A stretch of 64,000 bases of DNA from Abditibacterium sp. (GTDB lineage Bacteria > Armatimonadota > Abditibacteriia > Abditibacteriales > Abditibacteriaceae): NCBI GenBank assembly GCA_965199495.1, contig CBDASK010000003.1, positions 1,280,001 through 1,344,000 on the forward strand. The letters run 5' to 3'. How positions within the stretch are numbered: the first letter of the stretch is position 1; every line of letters begins with the position of its first letter. The position numbers and the translations under genes were made by a program. The notes beneath the pieces are model-generated. The model saw only the letters and a program-made list of their open reading frames with translations. It made no database searches and was not told the DNA's origin. Positions 47,875-56,036 of this stretch are shown in pieces.

Positions 47875-49311
47875 TTAAACCGCGCTGCCCCACAGCGCGC
47901 CGTCGTCCCATTTTTCGACGTTAAATTCCAACAACTCACCAATTTCAACTTTGCGCGCGCCTAACTCGACGCGCGCTTTGACATACGATGGCGTTAAGCC
48001 CAACGCATAACCATCTTGGATTTGTTCAACCAAAATTTCGCCGCTTTGACCGACGAACTGCACCGCGAATTCGGCGCTCATTTGTGCGCCCAATTCGATG
48101 AGTTGCGCCACGCGACGCTTTTGCACATCGGGCGAAACCAAACCGCCCAACGCTTCCAAATGATCGGCGGCGAAAGTTTCGGGGCGCGGCGAATACGGGA
48201 AAACGTGAATGTCCGAAAAACGCGCCTGTCGGCAGGTTTCCAGCGTTTCGCGCCATTCGTCTTCGGTTTCGCCGGGAAATCCGACGATAACATCGGTCGT
48301 CAATCCGGCGTCGGGCCGGATTTCGCGCCATCTTTTGGCCCATTTCAAATACGTCTCTTTGGAATAGCGCCGCCGCATCCGGCGCAGTGTCGCGCTGCAA
48401 CCGCTTTGCAGCGCCAGATGAATATGCGGCATCACGCCGGGCGTAGCAGCCACGGCGCGCAGCCAGTTCTCGTCTACGTCCGCCGGATCGAGCGAACTGG
48501 TGCGCACGCGGCTCAAACCTTCGATTTGCGCGACAGTGCGCAACAGTTCGTTGAGCGGCGCGTTGCGATTGTCGCGCGGCGCGTCATTCATAATCGAAAA
48601 ATCGCCCATCGAAACGCCGGTCACGACTAATTCGCGCGCGCCCTCGGCGGCCATGATTTCGGCTTCGGCGAATAACTCTTTTTGGCTTTTTATCACTGAT
48701 TCGCCGCGCATTCGTGGAATGATACAATACGAACAGCGATGGTTGCAGCCGTCCTGAATTTTCAAAACCGCGCGTTCGCGCGTCGGGCTGGGAATCGGTT
48801 CGCTGCCGGTTTGCGCGCGCAAATCGGCGTAAGTCTGCGCCCAATTTTCGATGCTCTTCAATCGATCCAACGCGCGCGCTGGCAGTTCAAACTTCTGGGC
48901 GTTGTTCAAAACCAAGGCGCCGGGCGCGGCCCTTTCAAACTGCAACGCGTCTTTAGTCGCGGCGCAACCGGTCACAGCCACGACGGCGTCGGGGTTTTTG
49001 GCGTGGGCGCGCGAAGCCGCTTTGCGCGATTTCTTGTCGGCCTCGGCGGTCACGGTGCAAGTGTCAATCACATACAAATCGGCGACCTCGCGAAACGCGA
49101 CTTGCCGAAAACCCTGCGCCACCAACATGCGCGCGATCTGGTGCGAATCGTATTGATTGACCTTGCAACCCAACGTGTAAAGCGCGAAAGTCGGGCGCAC
49201 CAAAGTTTCGTCCGTGCGCGCGCGCGCCGCGACGTGCGAACGCGTGGCATCGCGCAGAGCGCTCTGCGCATCGGCGGACAAAGAGGGAAGCAGCGAGATC
49301 GTTTGCGACAT
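47875..49311 (-). CDS. mtaB: tRNA t6A methylthiotransferase
   Basis: TLGCKVNQYDS, TCTVT, KIQDGCNHRCSYC (radical SAM), IVGFPGET and HVFPYSPRP. Confidence 0.9.
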   Translation of the reverse strand: MSQTISLLPSLSADAQSALRDATRSHVAARARTDETLVRPTFALYTLGCKVNQYDSHQIARMLVAQGFRQVAFREVADLYVIDTCTVTAEADKKSRKAASRAHAKNPDAVVAVTGCAATKDALQFERAAPGALVLNNAQKFELPARALDRLKSIENWAQTYADLRAQTGSEPIPSPTRERAVLKIQDGCNHRCSYCIIPRMRGESVIKSQKELFAEAEIMAAEGARELVVTGVSMGDFSIMNDAPRDNRNAPLNELLRTVAQIEGLSRVRTSSLDPADVDENWLRAVAATPGVMPHIHLALQSGCSATLRRMRRRYSKETYLKWAKRWREIRPDAGLTTDVIVGFPGETEDEWRETLETCRQARFSDIHVFPYSPRPETFAADHLEALGGLVSPDVQKRRVAQLIELGAQMSAEFAVQFVGQSGEILVEQIQDGYALGLTPSYVKARVELGARKVEIGELLEFNVEKWDDGALWGSAV

Positions 49312-49412
49312 GGGGAAACTGGATGAAACTGGGCGCGCGGGGTTTGGCAATTATTGTGAGCCGTAATAGTTTACTTTGTGCCCGAAAGGTGGGCGAAAGA
49401 GGAGAATTTTCG

Positions 49413-49712
49413 ATGCTAATTTTAGTCTTGATCGGGGCGATTCTGTTTTACGCAATCGTCTATATTTTGTGGGCGATGTCACATTCGCGGCTTAACTCGG
49501 TCGAGAGCTGGCTTCACATCGGCAACAACTTCGCGGTGATGCCGGATAATCTGGTGTTTCTTATTTTGCGCGGCCTGATTTTCGTGGCCGCGCTTTATGT
49601 CTTTGGAGATTGGCTAAAATCTTTCATCGAAAATAACAAGCGTAAACGGCGCGAGAGACTCGAAAAAGAGCAAGCTCCGCGTCTGGGGTATAAAAAACCG
49701 CCGACGGTTTGA
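49413..49712 (+). CDS. Small membrane protein
   Basis: GGAG Shine-Dalgarno before ATG 49413; two hydrophobic helices and a basic tail. Confidence 0.6.
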   Translation: MLILVLIGAILFYAIVYILWAMSHSRLNSVESWLHIGNNFAVMPDNLVFLILRGLIFVAALYVFGDWLKSFIENNKRKRRERLEKEQAPRLGYKKPPTV

Positions 49713-49794
49713 AATGAGAACTACTATTATCCGAGTTATTTTTTCAAATATAAATATTTCGTAAAAAAATTGTCTTTTTCTCGCGATTTTTGTC

Positions 49795-49823
49795 TGGTCA
49801 AAGGTCTAATTCTTTGATAAGAT
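49795..49823 (+). promoter_or_regulatory. Putative sigma70-type promoter
   Basis: TGGTCA-17 nt-TAAGAT with extended -10 TG, in the AT-rich gap upstream of 49912. Confidence 0.35.
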
Positions 49824-49911
49824 TAAATAGAGTATTCACGCAATATTCGCCCATCGTTACGCCCCATTTGTCTGCCGTTTCGATTTAACTCTCCCCTGCT
49901 CGTTTCCTCCG

Positions 49912-51123
49912 ATGTTGCGCTCCTTTTCCTTTCGCCCATTTGTCTCGAAAACTTCATATTGCGTCAGTGGCTTAACCAAACAAAATTTGATGGCGGCGTT
50001 GCTTTTATCAACGCTTGGCATGGTAGCGACGGGCGCGCGCGCCGACGAGTTTTCGCCAGTTCCGATGGGCGATCCGATTTATCGCCAGTTGAGCGCGCTC
50101 GATTCGTCCGATCCGACCGTCGCCAAAGCGAGCGCCGGTTTGACGCGCTACGAAGCGGCGCTCCAAGTCGCGCGCATCATCACGCGCGTTTCCAACGATA
50201 GTTCGGCGCAACTTTCGCGCGTCGGCTGGCGCGCACTGCGCGATTTGAGCGGTTCGCTCAAAAGCGAGTTGAGCCAACTGGGCATTGACGTGGCGGCGGC
50301 GCAAAAGCTGGCCGATGACAAACTCAAAGCGCCCTCGACCAAAGCAGCCACGCCGAGTTCGGTGGATTTGAGCGCGACTAATGCTTCGGGCGGTGGGCGC
50401 GCTTTGCCGCCGAGCATCGTGCGCGGCGCGGCGGGCGAAACCTTGTTGGGCAGCGGCGCCATCGGCTCGCCATTTTCTCAATCAAGCGCGGCGTTTGCGC
50501 CCGGCGTGCAAAGCAGCCAGTTCAGCGCCTCCATCGTTCCGCGTTTGCGCGTGGGCGCGGCGCTGCAAGCGTTGCAGCGCGCCGAAGACGATCCGTTCAA
50601 AAGTTCGGGCGCCGGTCAGGCGTTGCTCAGCGCGGGCAACCATTCGCGCATTCTGGGCAGCGACACGTCTGTAGATTACGGCGTGACCTCGTGGCTGCAT
50701 GTGGGCGCTCAGTCGTCGCAGCGTTCGCTGGCCAATGTGCCCAATCTATCGCCGCTCTATCGCTCCGCGTTGTTCGATGGCGCGACGCAAGCGCGCAGCA
50801 CGGGCGGCGGTGTGGGCATTGATGTCGGCGATCTCTCGTTTTCGACCAAATTCGAGCGTCTCTCGACGGACACCGGTTCACGCGCCACCAGCATTGACGG
50901 CGGCGTTCGTCTATCGGCGTGGCAAAATCGCCTCTCGCTTTCGGCGCACATGGCGCGCCTCCAACCCGAAGATCGCGCCGTCGTGCCGATGACCAAAACC
51001 GAATTGGGCATTCAAGCCAACGTCTCGCAGCGCCTGAGTCTGAGCCTGTTTTATCAGGGCTTGTTCACCCAACAAAACAACGCGTCCGAACGCGTCGCGG
51101 GCGGCTTGAATTTGAGCTTTTAA
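49912..51123 (+). CDS. Putative outer-membrane protein with degenerate SLH-like N-terminus and C-terminal beta-barrel
   Basis: Signal peptide; FSPVPMGDPIYRQLSAL...LTRYEAALQVARI (SLH-like); amphipathic strands ending in LNLSF. Confidence 0.6.
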   Translation: MLRSFSFRPFVSKTSYCVSGLTKQNLMAALLLSTLGMVATGARADEFSPVPMGDPIYRQLSALDSSDPTVAKASAGLTRYEAALQVARIITRVSNDSSAQLSRVGWRALRDLSGSLKSELSQLGIDVAAAQKLADDKLKAPSTKAATPSSVDLSATNASGGGRALPPSIVRGAAGETLLGSGAIGSPFSQSSAAFAPGVQSSQFSASIVPRLRVGAALQALQRAEDDPFKSSGAGQALLSAGNHSRILGSDTSVDYGVTSWLHVGAQSSQRSLANVPNLSPLYRSALFDGATQARSTGGGVGIDVGDLSFSTKFERLSTDTGSRATSIDGGVRLSAWQNRLSLSAHMARLQPEDRAVVPMTKTELGIQANVSQRLSLSLFYQGLFTQQNNASERVAGGLNLSF

Positions 51124-51143
51124 GGTTTCAAATCGACAATATA

Positions 51144-51183
51144 AAAAATAGAGCCAGCGAATTCGTTCGCTGGCTCTATTTTT
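51144..51183. terminator. Rho-independent terminator (bidirectional type)
   Basis: aaaaatagagccagcgaa-ttcg-ttcgctggctctattttt. Confidence 0.8.
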
Positions 51184-51263
51184 GTGAAACCCGACGATTC
51201 ACATTTGCGCGCTTTTCTTGGCGCCGCGCTGTCCAATGAGAAAGTTAAACTGCGCCCGCGCTT

Positions 51264-52955
51264 ATGTCCCGTCGCCTTCCTCGAATTTCGCCCGCCCTTT
51301 TGTTGTTGCCCGTCGCCGTGGCTGCCTCGCCCGCCCGCGCGCAAACCGGCGTTTCGCCCGAAGCGGCGCCCGCCGCGCCCGAAGCCACGTCGCCGCAAAT
51401 CAACCCGACCGGGCCGCAATCCGAAACCACGCCAGTCAATCCGCCCGCCGCCGCGCCCGAAGTTATCGCGCCCAACGAGAGTAAACTGAACGAGACAACC
51501 GAAACGCCGGACGCGACGCCCGCGCCATCGAAATTGCAAGCGGCGAGCGTGAGTTACGAAGGCGCGACCATCGTCGCGAGCGGAACGCCCGATCAGCCGG
51601 TGCGATTTCAGAGCGCGGCGGGTTTGATCATGGCGCAGGAGATTCGGCTCGATACGGAAACGCAACAACTCAAGGCGAGCGGCACGGTTTCGTTCGAGCG
51701 CGAGCGTCAGGTCGAGCGCAAAGAGTTGCGCCCGCGCCGTTTGCCCACGACGACCAAAACCGAAACCGTGCGCGAAACGGCGTTTGGCGACAATCTGTTT
51801 TATGACTTTAAAACCGGCAAAGGCACGCTCGACAGCGCGCGTTTGCGCTTGGCGACGATTTCGATTTCGACTGAATCGCTGACGATTAACGGCAAATCGT
51901 ATAAGGCGCGCAACGTGGTGCTACGGCCCGGCGGTTTGAGCGACGAAGAACTCAAAATTTATGGCACGCCGCCGTTTACTTTGCGCGCGCGCGAGATAAC
52001 AGCCACGCCGGTCGAAGTTCGCGGCAAGGACGCAAATCGGGTCACAGTTCGGGGCGGCGGTTTGTATTTCAAGAGCACGCGAATTTTGCCGGTGCCGTCG
52101 TATTCATTTGTTGCGGGCGGCCCGAAAAACGAGGGCACGCGACTGATTCCGGGCATCTCGTTCAATTCGGGCGACCGCGTTTTGGTCACGACGAACTTTA
52201 TTTTTCCGATCAACAAGCTCGATCCCGACCGCCTGAACGCCGTTGCCGATGTCGGTTATTCGGCGCGCGTCGGTTTTCGCGGCGGATTGAGTTTGAATTC
52301 AACGCTTCCGGCGGGCCGTTTTGAACTCAGCGCGCGCAGAAACGATGTGGTTTCGACGCAACTGACCAACCGCATCGTGCTGGATCGGCGCCCCGAATTG
52401 ACGTATAGTTCGCCCGCGTTTTTGCAATTTAATCTGGGCAAACAGCGCGCGGGTTTCACCTTCGACGCCAGTCTGGGCGATTTTCGCGAACGCTTGCTGG
52501 GCAGCAACACGCGCGTTTCGGACACGCGCGCGCGGGGACGCGTGGTTTTGACGACGCGTTTGCAGCCCGGCCCCGGCGGATTCGCGCGCCTGTTCTCGGC
52601 CTATTCCAGCTATGGCAAAGGCGGCAACTATCGCAATAACGGCGTCGAATTGGGTTACGATGGCCAGTTGTTCAAGCGTCTGCGCGGCGAAGTTTCAGTG
52701 CGATTGACCGACATCAAAGGCCAAACGCCGTTTCGCTTCGATCAAGTCGAAATCGCCCGCGAACTGCGCGCGACGGCAGATTATCAACTGTCGCCGCGCT
52801 ACATTTTGCCGTTCGATCTGCGTTACGATTTGCAACGTAACCGCTTTCGCGACGAAACATTCGGCATTTTGCGTTCCTATAAAACCTTCGCTTACGGCGT
52901 GACGTATCAGACCGCGCGCCGCGATTTGCGATTAGAAATCCGCGAGGGATTTTAA
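51264..52955 (+). CDS. LptD/OstA-like outer membrane protein
   Basis: Signal peptide, OstA-like N-domain (AQEIRLDTETQQLKASGTV, FYDFKTGKG), beta-strand-rich C-terminus ending in F. Confidence 0.6.
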   Translation: MSRRLPRISPALLLLPVAVAASPARAQTGVSPEAAPAAPEATSPQINPTGPQSETTPVNPPAAAPEVIAPNESKLNETTETPDATPAPSKLQAASVSYEGATIVASGTPDQPVRFQSAAGLIMAQEIRLDTETQQLKASGTVSFERERQVERKELRPRRLPTTTKTETVRETAFGDNLFYDFKTGKGTLDSARLRLATISISTESLTINGKSYKARNVVLRPGGLSDEELKIYGTPPFTLRAREITATPVEVRGKDANRVTVRGGGLYFKSTRILPVPSYSFVAGGPKNEGTRLIPGISFNSGDRVLVTTNFIFPINKLDPDRLNAVADVGYSARVGFRGGLSLNSTLPAGRFELSARRNDVVSTQLTNRIVLDRRPELTYSSPAFLQFNLGKQRAGFTFDASLGDFRERLLGSNTRVSDTRARGRVVLTTRLQPGPGGFARLFSAYSSYGKGGNYRNNGVELGYDGQLFKRLRGEVSVRLTDIKGQTPFRFDQVEIARELRATADYQLSPRYILPFDLRYDLQRNRFRDETFGILRSYKTFAYGVTYQTARRDLRLEIREGF

Positions 52956-52966
52956 AGTTCAATTTC

Positions 52967-53269
52967 ATGCCCACTCCCGACCAACCCTTTTACGACCGCG
53001 CCGACGCGCACATTCGCCTGTCCAACGAGCAAACGTTGGAAATTGGCGCGGGCAAAGTCAGTGCTTCGATGCTGTTTGCCAGCGCGCGCTTCGCGGCGTG
53101 GCTGACGGCGCGCGGCTTCGATTCGAGCGCCGCAATGCAAGCCAAGCGCAACGAGAATATCGAGTATTTCGTGAAAGAATATCGCGCGATGCTGGCGGAC
53201 AACATGGACGATTACATCGAAAATTTCGACGATTATATGAAAGAGAAGCTGAATGAAGATAGCCGTTAG
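52967..53269 (+). CDS. DUF3144-like protein
   Basis: FYDRADAHIRLSNEQ...VSASMLFASARFAAW...YRAMLADNMDDY pattern. Confidence 0.75.
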   Translation: MPTPDQPFYDRADAHIRLSNEQTLEIGAGKVSASMLFASARFAAWLTARGFDSSAAMQAKRNENIEYFVKEYRAMLADNMDDYIENFDDYMKEKLNEDSR

Positions 53270-53310
53270 AATTTGTCAGAAGCGGCGCTGACATTGCCAT
53301 ACTTTAGGTT

Positions 53311-55956
53311 ATGCTTTCGCCTCAAGACCACTATCTGCCGCCCGATCACGACGCTTTTATTCGGGCCGAACCTTCGACGGGTCGCATTTTGATTATCGCG
53401 CCCACGCGCGCGGCGTGCGAGACCATCGAAATCGGTTTGACGCTCGATATTGAAACTTATTTAGAGAAAAATTATGGCGAGCGCGTGCGCGAACTGGCGC
53501 GGTCGGGCGCGGGTTTCGGTATCGTCGCGGGCACGGGCACCGGCAAAACGCTGGCGGTGCGACCGATTGCCCTTGAGATTCTCAAGGCGCCACTAAAAAT
53601 CGGCGTCGTCAATCGCGAACGAGAAGCCACCCCGGAACTGCCGAATTATAACGTCATAGTGATTACGACTGGAATCGCGCGGCGCTGGTTTCAAGACGGG
53701 GATATTTTGCCGACCGATACCTTAGTCATTGACGAAATTCATCAAACTTCGGCGGAGTTGGAATTGTGTCTGGCGCTGGGCAAGCGTGTTGGCTGTCGCT
53801 TTATCTGGCTGAGTGCGACGGTTGATCCGAATTTTTATCGCGAGTATTTGAACAGCGCCGATGTGTTGGAGGTTTATTCGTTCGACCCGACTAAAGCCGC
53901 CCTCGTGCGCGTGGTTGATGCTGATCCGCTTCAATTTATGGACGAGAAATTCGCCGCACAAGTCGCGCGCGAAGAGCGCGGCGTCGGCGTGTTTTTGCCG
54001 ACCAGAGCGGGCGTCGAAGCGGTCGCGCGCGAACTGGAATGGCGCGCGCCGCAAATCAACGCGGCTTATTATCATGGCGGCGAACCGGTGCGCGTGATTC
54101 GGCCCTTTCTGGAAGACGAAGGTGCGCCGCGCCCGTTTGTTTTGGCGATGACGGCGGCGGGCCAGAGCGCGCTCAACGTGCGCGGTTTGGATACGGTCGT
54201 TATCGAGGACGCGCGCTATTCCAACGTAATTACGCGCGGGCGCAACGTGTTGACGCGGCAACATTTGGGCAGCAACGAAATTTTGCAGATGGCCGGGCGC
54301 GTTCACGGGCGCGTCGAGGGCGGACGCGTTTTCATTCTGTCCAATCGCGCGATTGATTTCGCGCATCTTAAACCGACGGCGCCCGAATTTCAATTGGCGG
54401 GCGATTCGGAGCGCGTGGCTCTGACCTGCGCCGATTTGGGCGTGCGCGCCGACGAACTCGAATTGCCGGTTCCGCTCGATAAATTGGCGTATCGCAACGC
54501 CCTCGACGAATTGCAAAATCGCGGGATTATCAACCAAAACGGGCGATTGTCCAAATACGGCAAAGCCGTCGAAGCTCTGCCAGTTGACCGCGCGTGGGCC
54601 GAACTCATCGTCAACGCCGACGAAGATTTATTGCCGTATTTAGCGGTGATGAGTTCAATTGAAAGTTTGCATCGCATGACGCGCGAAGAACGCAATTTGC
54701 GTGGCCTCATCGTCGAGGGCAGCGACCATTTGACGGCTTATAATCTCTACGCCGAAGCGTATCAAAGCGCCGGTTATGTCGGCGAAGTTTATGGAATGCC
54801 GCGCCATTTGTTTGAATCGGAGGCGATGGCGAAATGGGCCGAGGAACGCGGCGTTTTGGTCAAAGCCATCGAAGACGCGGCCCTCGCCACGGCGTGTTTA
54901 TTTCGCGGCGTGAACTTGAAATTGCCGCAGAAGATGCCGATTGCGAGCAAGGGCATCGCCGATAAATTCTTGAATTTGCTGGCGAAGTGGATGCCGTTCG
55001 ATTTGGCGATTGACGAGACGTTGGCCGACGGCAGCGAAGCGCGCGTCGGGAGAAGTTCGATGTGCGGGCCGGATGGCGCGATTATCGGCGATTTGCGTTA
55101 TTTCGCCGACCGCAACGGAATCCCGCGCGCCTCGATTGAAGGCACGCAATTGTCACTCGAACGATTGAAAAAGTTCGCCAAACCGACGGCAGTCGAAATC
55201 GAATACAACGCCAATCGGCCCGCCGCGCCCTTAACAGCCACGACGACCGTCGAGTATTTCGGGTTTGTCTTTGAACGGCGCGTCGAAACGTTGAAAAAGT
55301 GGCCCAAGCATCTGGAAAAGCAAGTGCGTCACGCGCTGGCTTTAGCGGTTGCGCGCGGCGAGGCGCATCATAACGCGGTGCAGGTCAATCGGCCCAAAGT
55401 CGAAGAAATCCGCGAGATTTACGCGCGTTCTGTCGGGCGAACCGCGTCGCTCGATGAAGCCGAATTGACGTTGCTTTATCAGGAACAATTGGACGATCAG
55501 CAAATTAATTCGCTGTTGGATTTTCGCAACGCGAAGTTGGATTTGGATGTCGCCGATTATCTATCGGACACCGAGCGCGAGCGTTATTGGAAGTTGCCAT
55601 CGGAAGCCGTAGTTCGAGATTTTCGTGTGCCCATCGAATATGAAATCGAGGACGGCGGCGGCGTGGCTGCTCTTGAGTTGCCGGAGAAATTAGCGCGCGA
55701 TGTTCGGCAAGACGAATTGCCGAAGTTGGACAGACCGCTGCGATTTCTCGTCAGTCGCGGTTCGCGCGGTAGCGTGAGCGCCGAAACGTTGGGCGAATTG
55801 CAGGAAAAATTGGAGGGCCAATGGCAGCCCGATTTCGGCTCAGCCAATCGCAAAGGGCGGCGCCAGATGGCGCAGGGCAAGACGCGTCCGAAACCCAAAT
55901 CGCGCGGCGGTTTGCCGCGTCCGCCGCGTCCTCCCAAACGCGGCGGGCGACGGTAA
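53311..55956 (+). CDS. SF2 DEAH/HrpB-like helicase (atypical)
   Basis: AGTGTGKT (Walker A), DEIH, LSAT, FLPTR, QMAGR, HA2-like GRLSKYGKAVEALP and a basic C-terminal tail. Confidence 0.82.
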   Translation: MLSPQDHYLPPDHDAFIRAEPSTGRILIIAPTRAACETIEIGLTLDIETYLEKNYGERVRELARSGAGFGIVAGTGTGKTLAVRPIALEILKAPLKIGVVNREREATPELPNYNVIVITTGIARRWFQDGDILPTDTLVIDEIHQTSAELELCLALGKRVGCRFIWLSATVDPNFYREYLNSADVLEVYSFDPTKAALVRVVDADPLQFMDEKFAAQVAREERGVGVFLPTRAGVEAVARELEWRAPQINAAYYHGGEPVRVIRPFLEDEGAPRPFVLAMTAAGQSALNVRGLDTVVIEDARYSNVITRGRNVLTRQHLGSNEILQMAGRVHGRVEGGRVFILSNRAIDFAHLKPTAPEFQLAGDSERVALTCADLGVRADELELPVPLDKLAYRNALDELQNRGIINQNGRLSKYGKAVEALPVDRAWAELIVNADEDLLPYLAVMSSIESLHRMTREERNLRGLIVEGSDHLTAYNLYAEAYQSAGYVGEVYGMPRHLFESEAMAKWAEERGVLVKAIEDAALATACLFRGVNLKLPQKMPIASKGIADKFLNLLAKWMPFDLAIDETLADGSEARVGRSSMCGPDGAIIGDLRYFADRNGIPRASIEGTQLSLERLKKFAKPTAVEIEYNANRPAAPLTATTTVEYFGFVFERRVETLKKWPKHLEKQVRHALALAVARGEAHHNAVQVNRPKVEEIREIYARSVGRTASLDEAELTLLYQEQLDDQQINSLLDFRNAKLDLDVADYLSDTERERYWKLPSEAVVRDFRVPIEYEIEDGGGVAALELPEKLARDVRQDELPKLDRPLRFLVSRGSRGSVSAETLGELQEKLEGQWQPDFGSANRKGRRQMAQGKTRPKPKSRGGLPRPPRPPKRGGRR

Positions 55957-56036
55957 GACGAGAGTGAGCGAAATCATTCTCACTTGCAAGCGCTCTTGGT
56001 CGCCAATATAATTGTCATTAACTTTCTCCACAAAAA

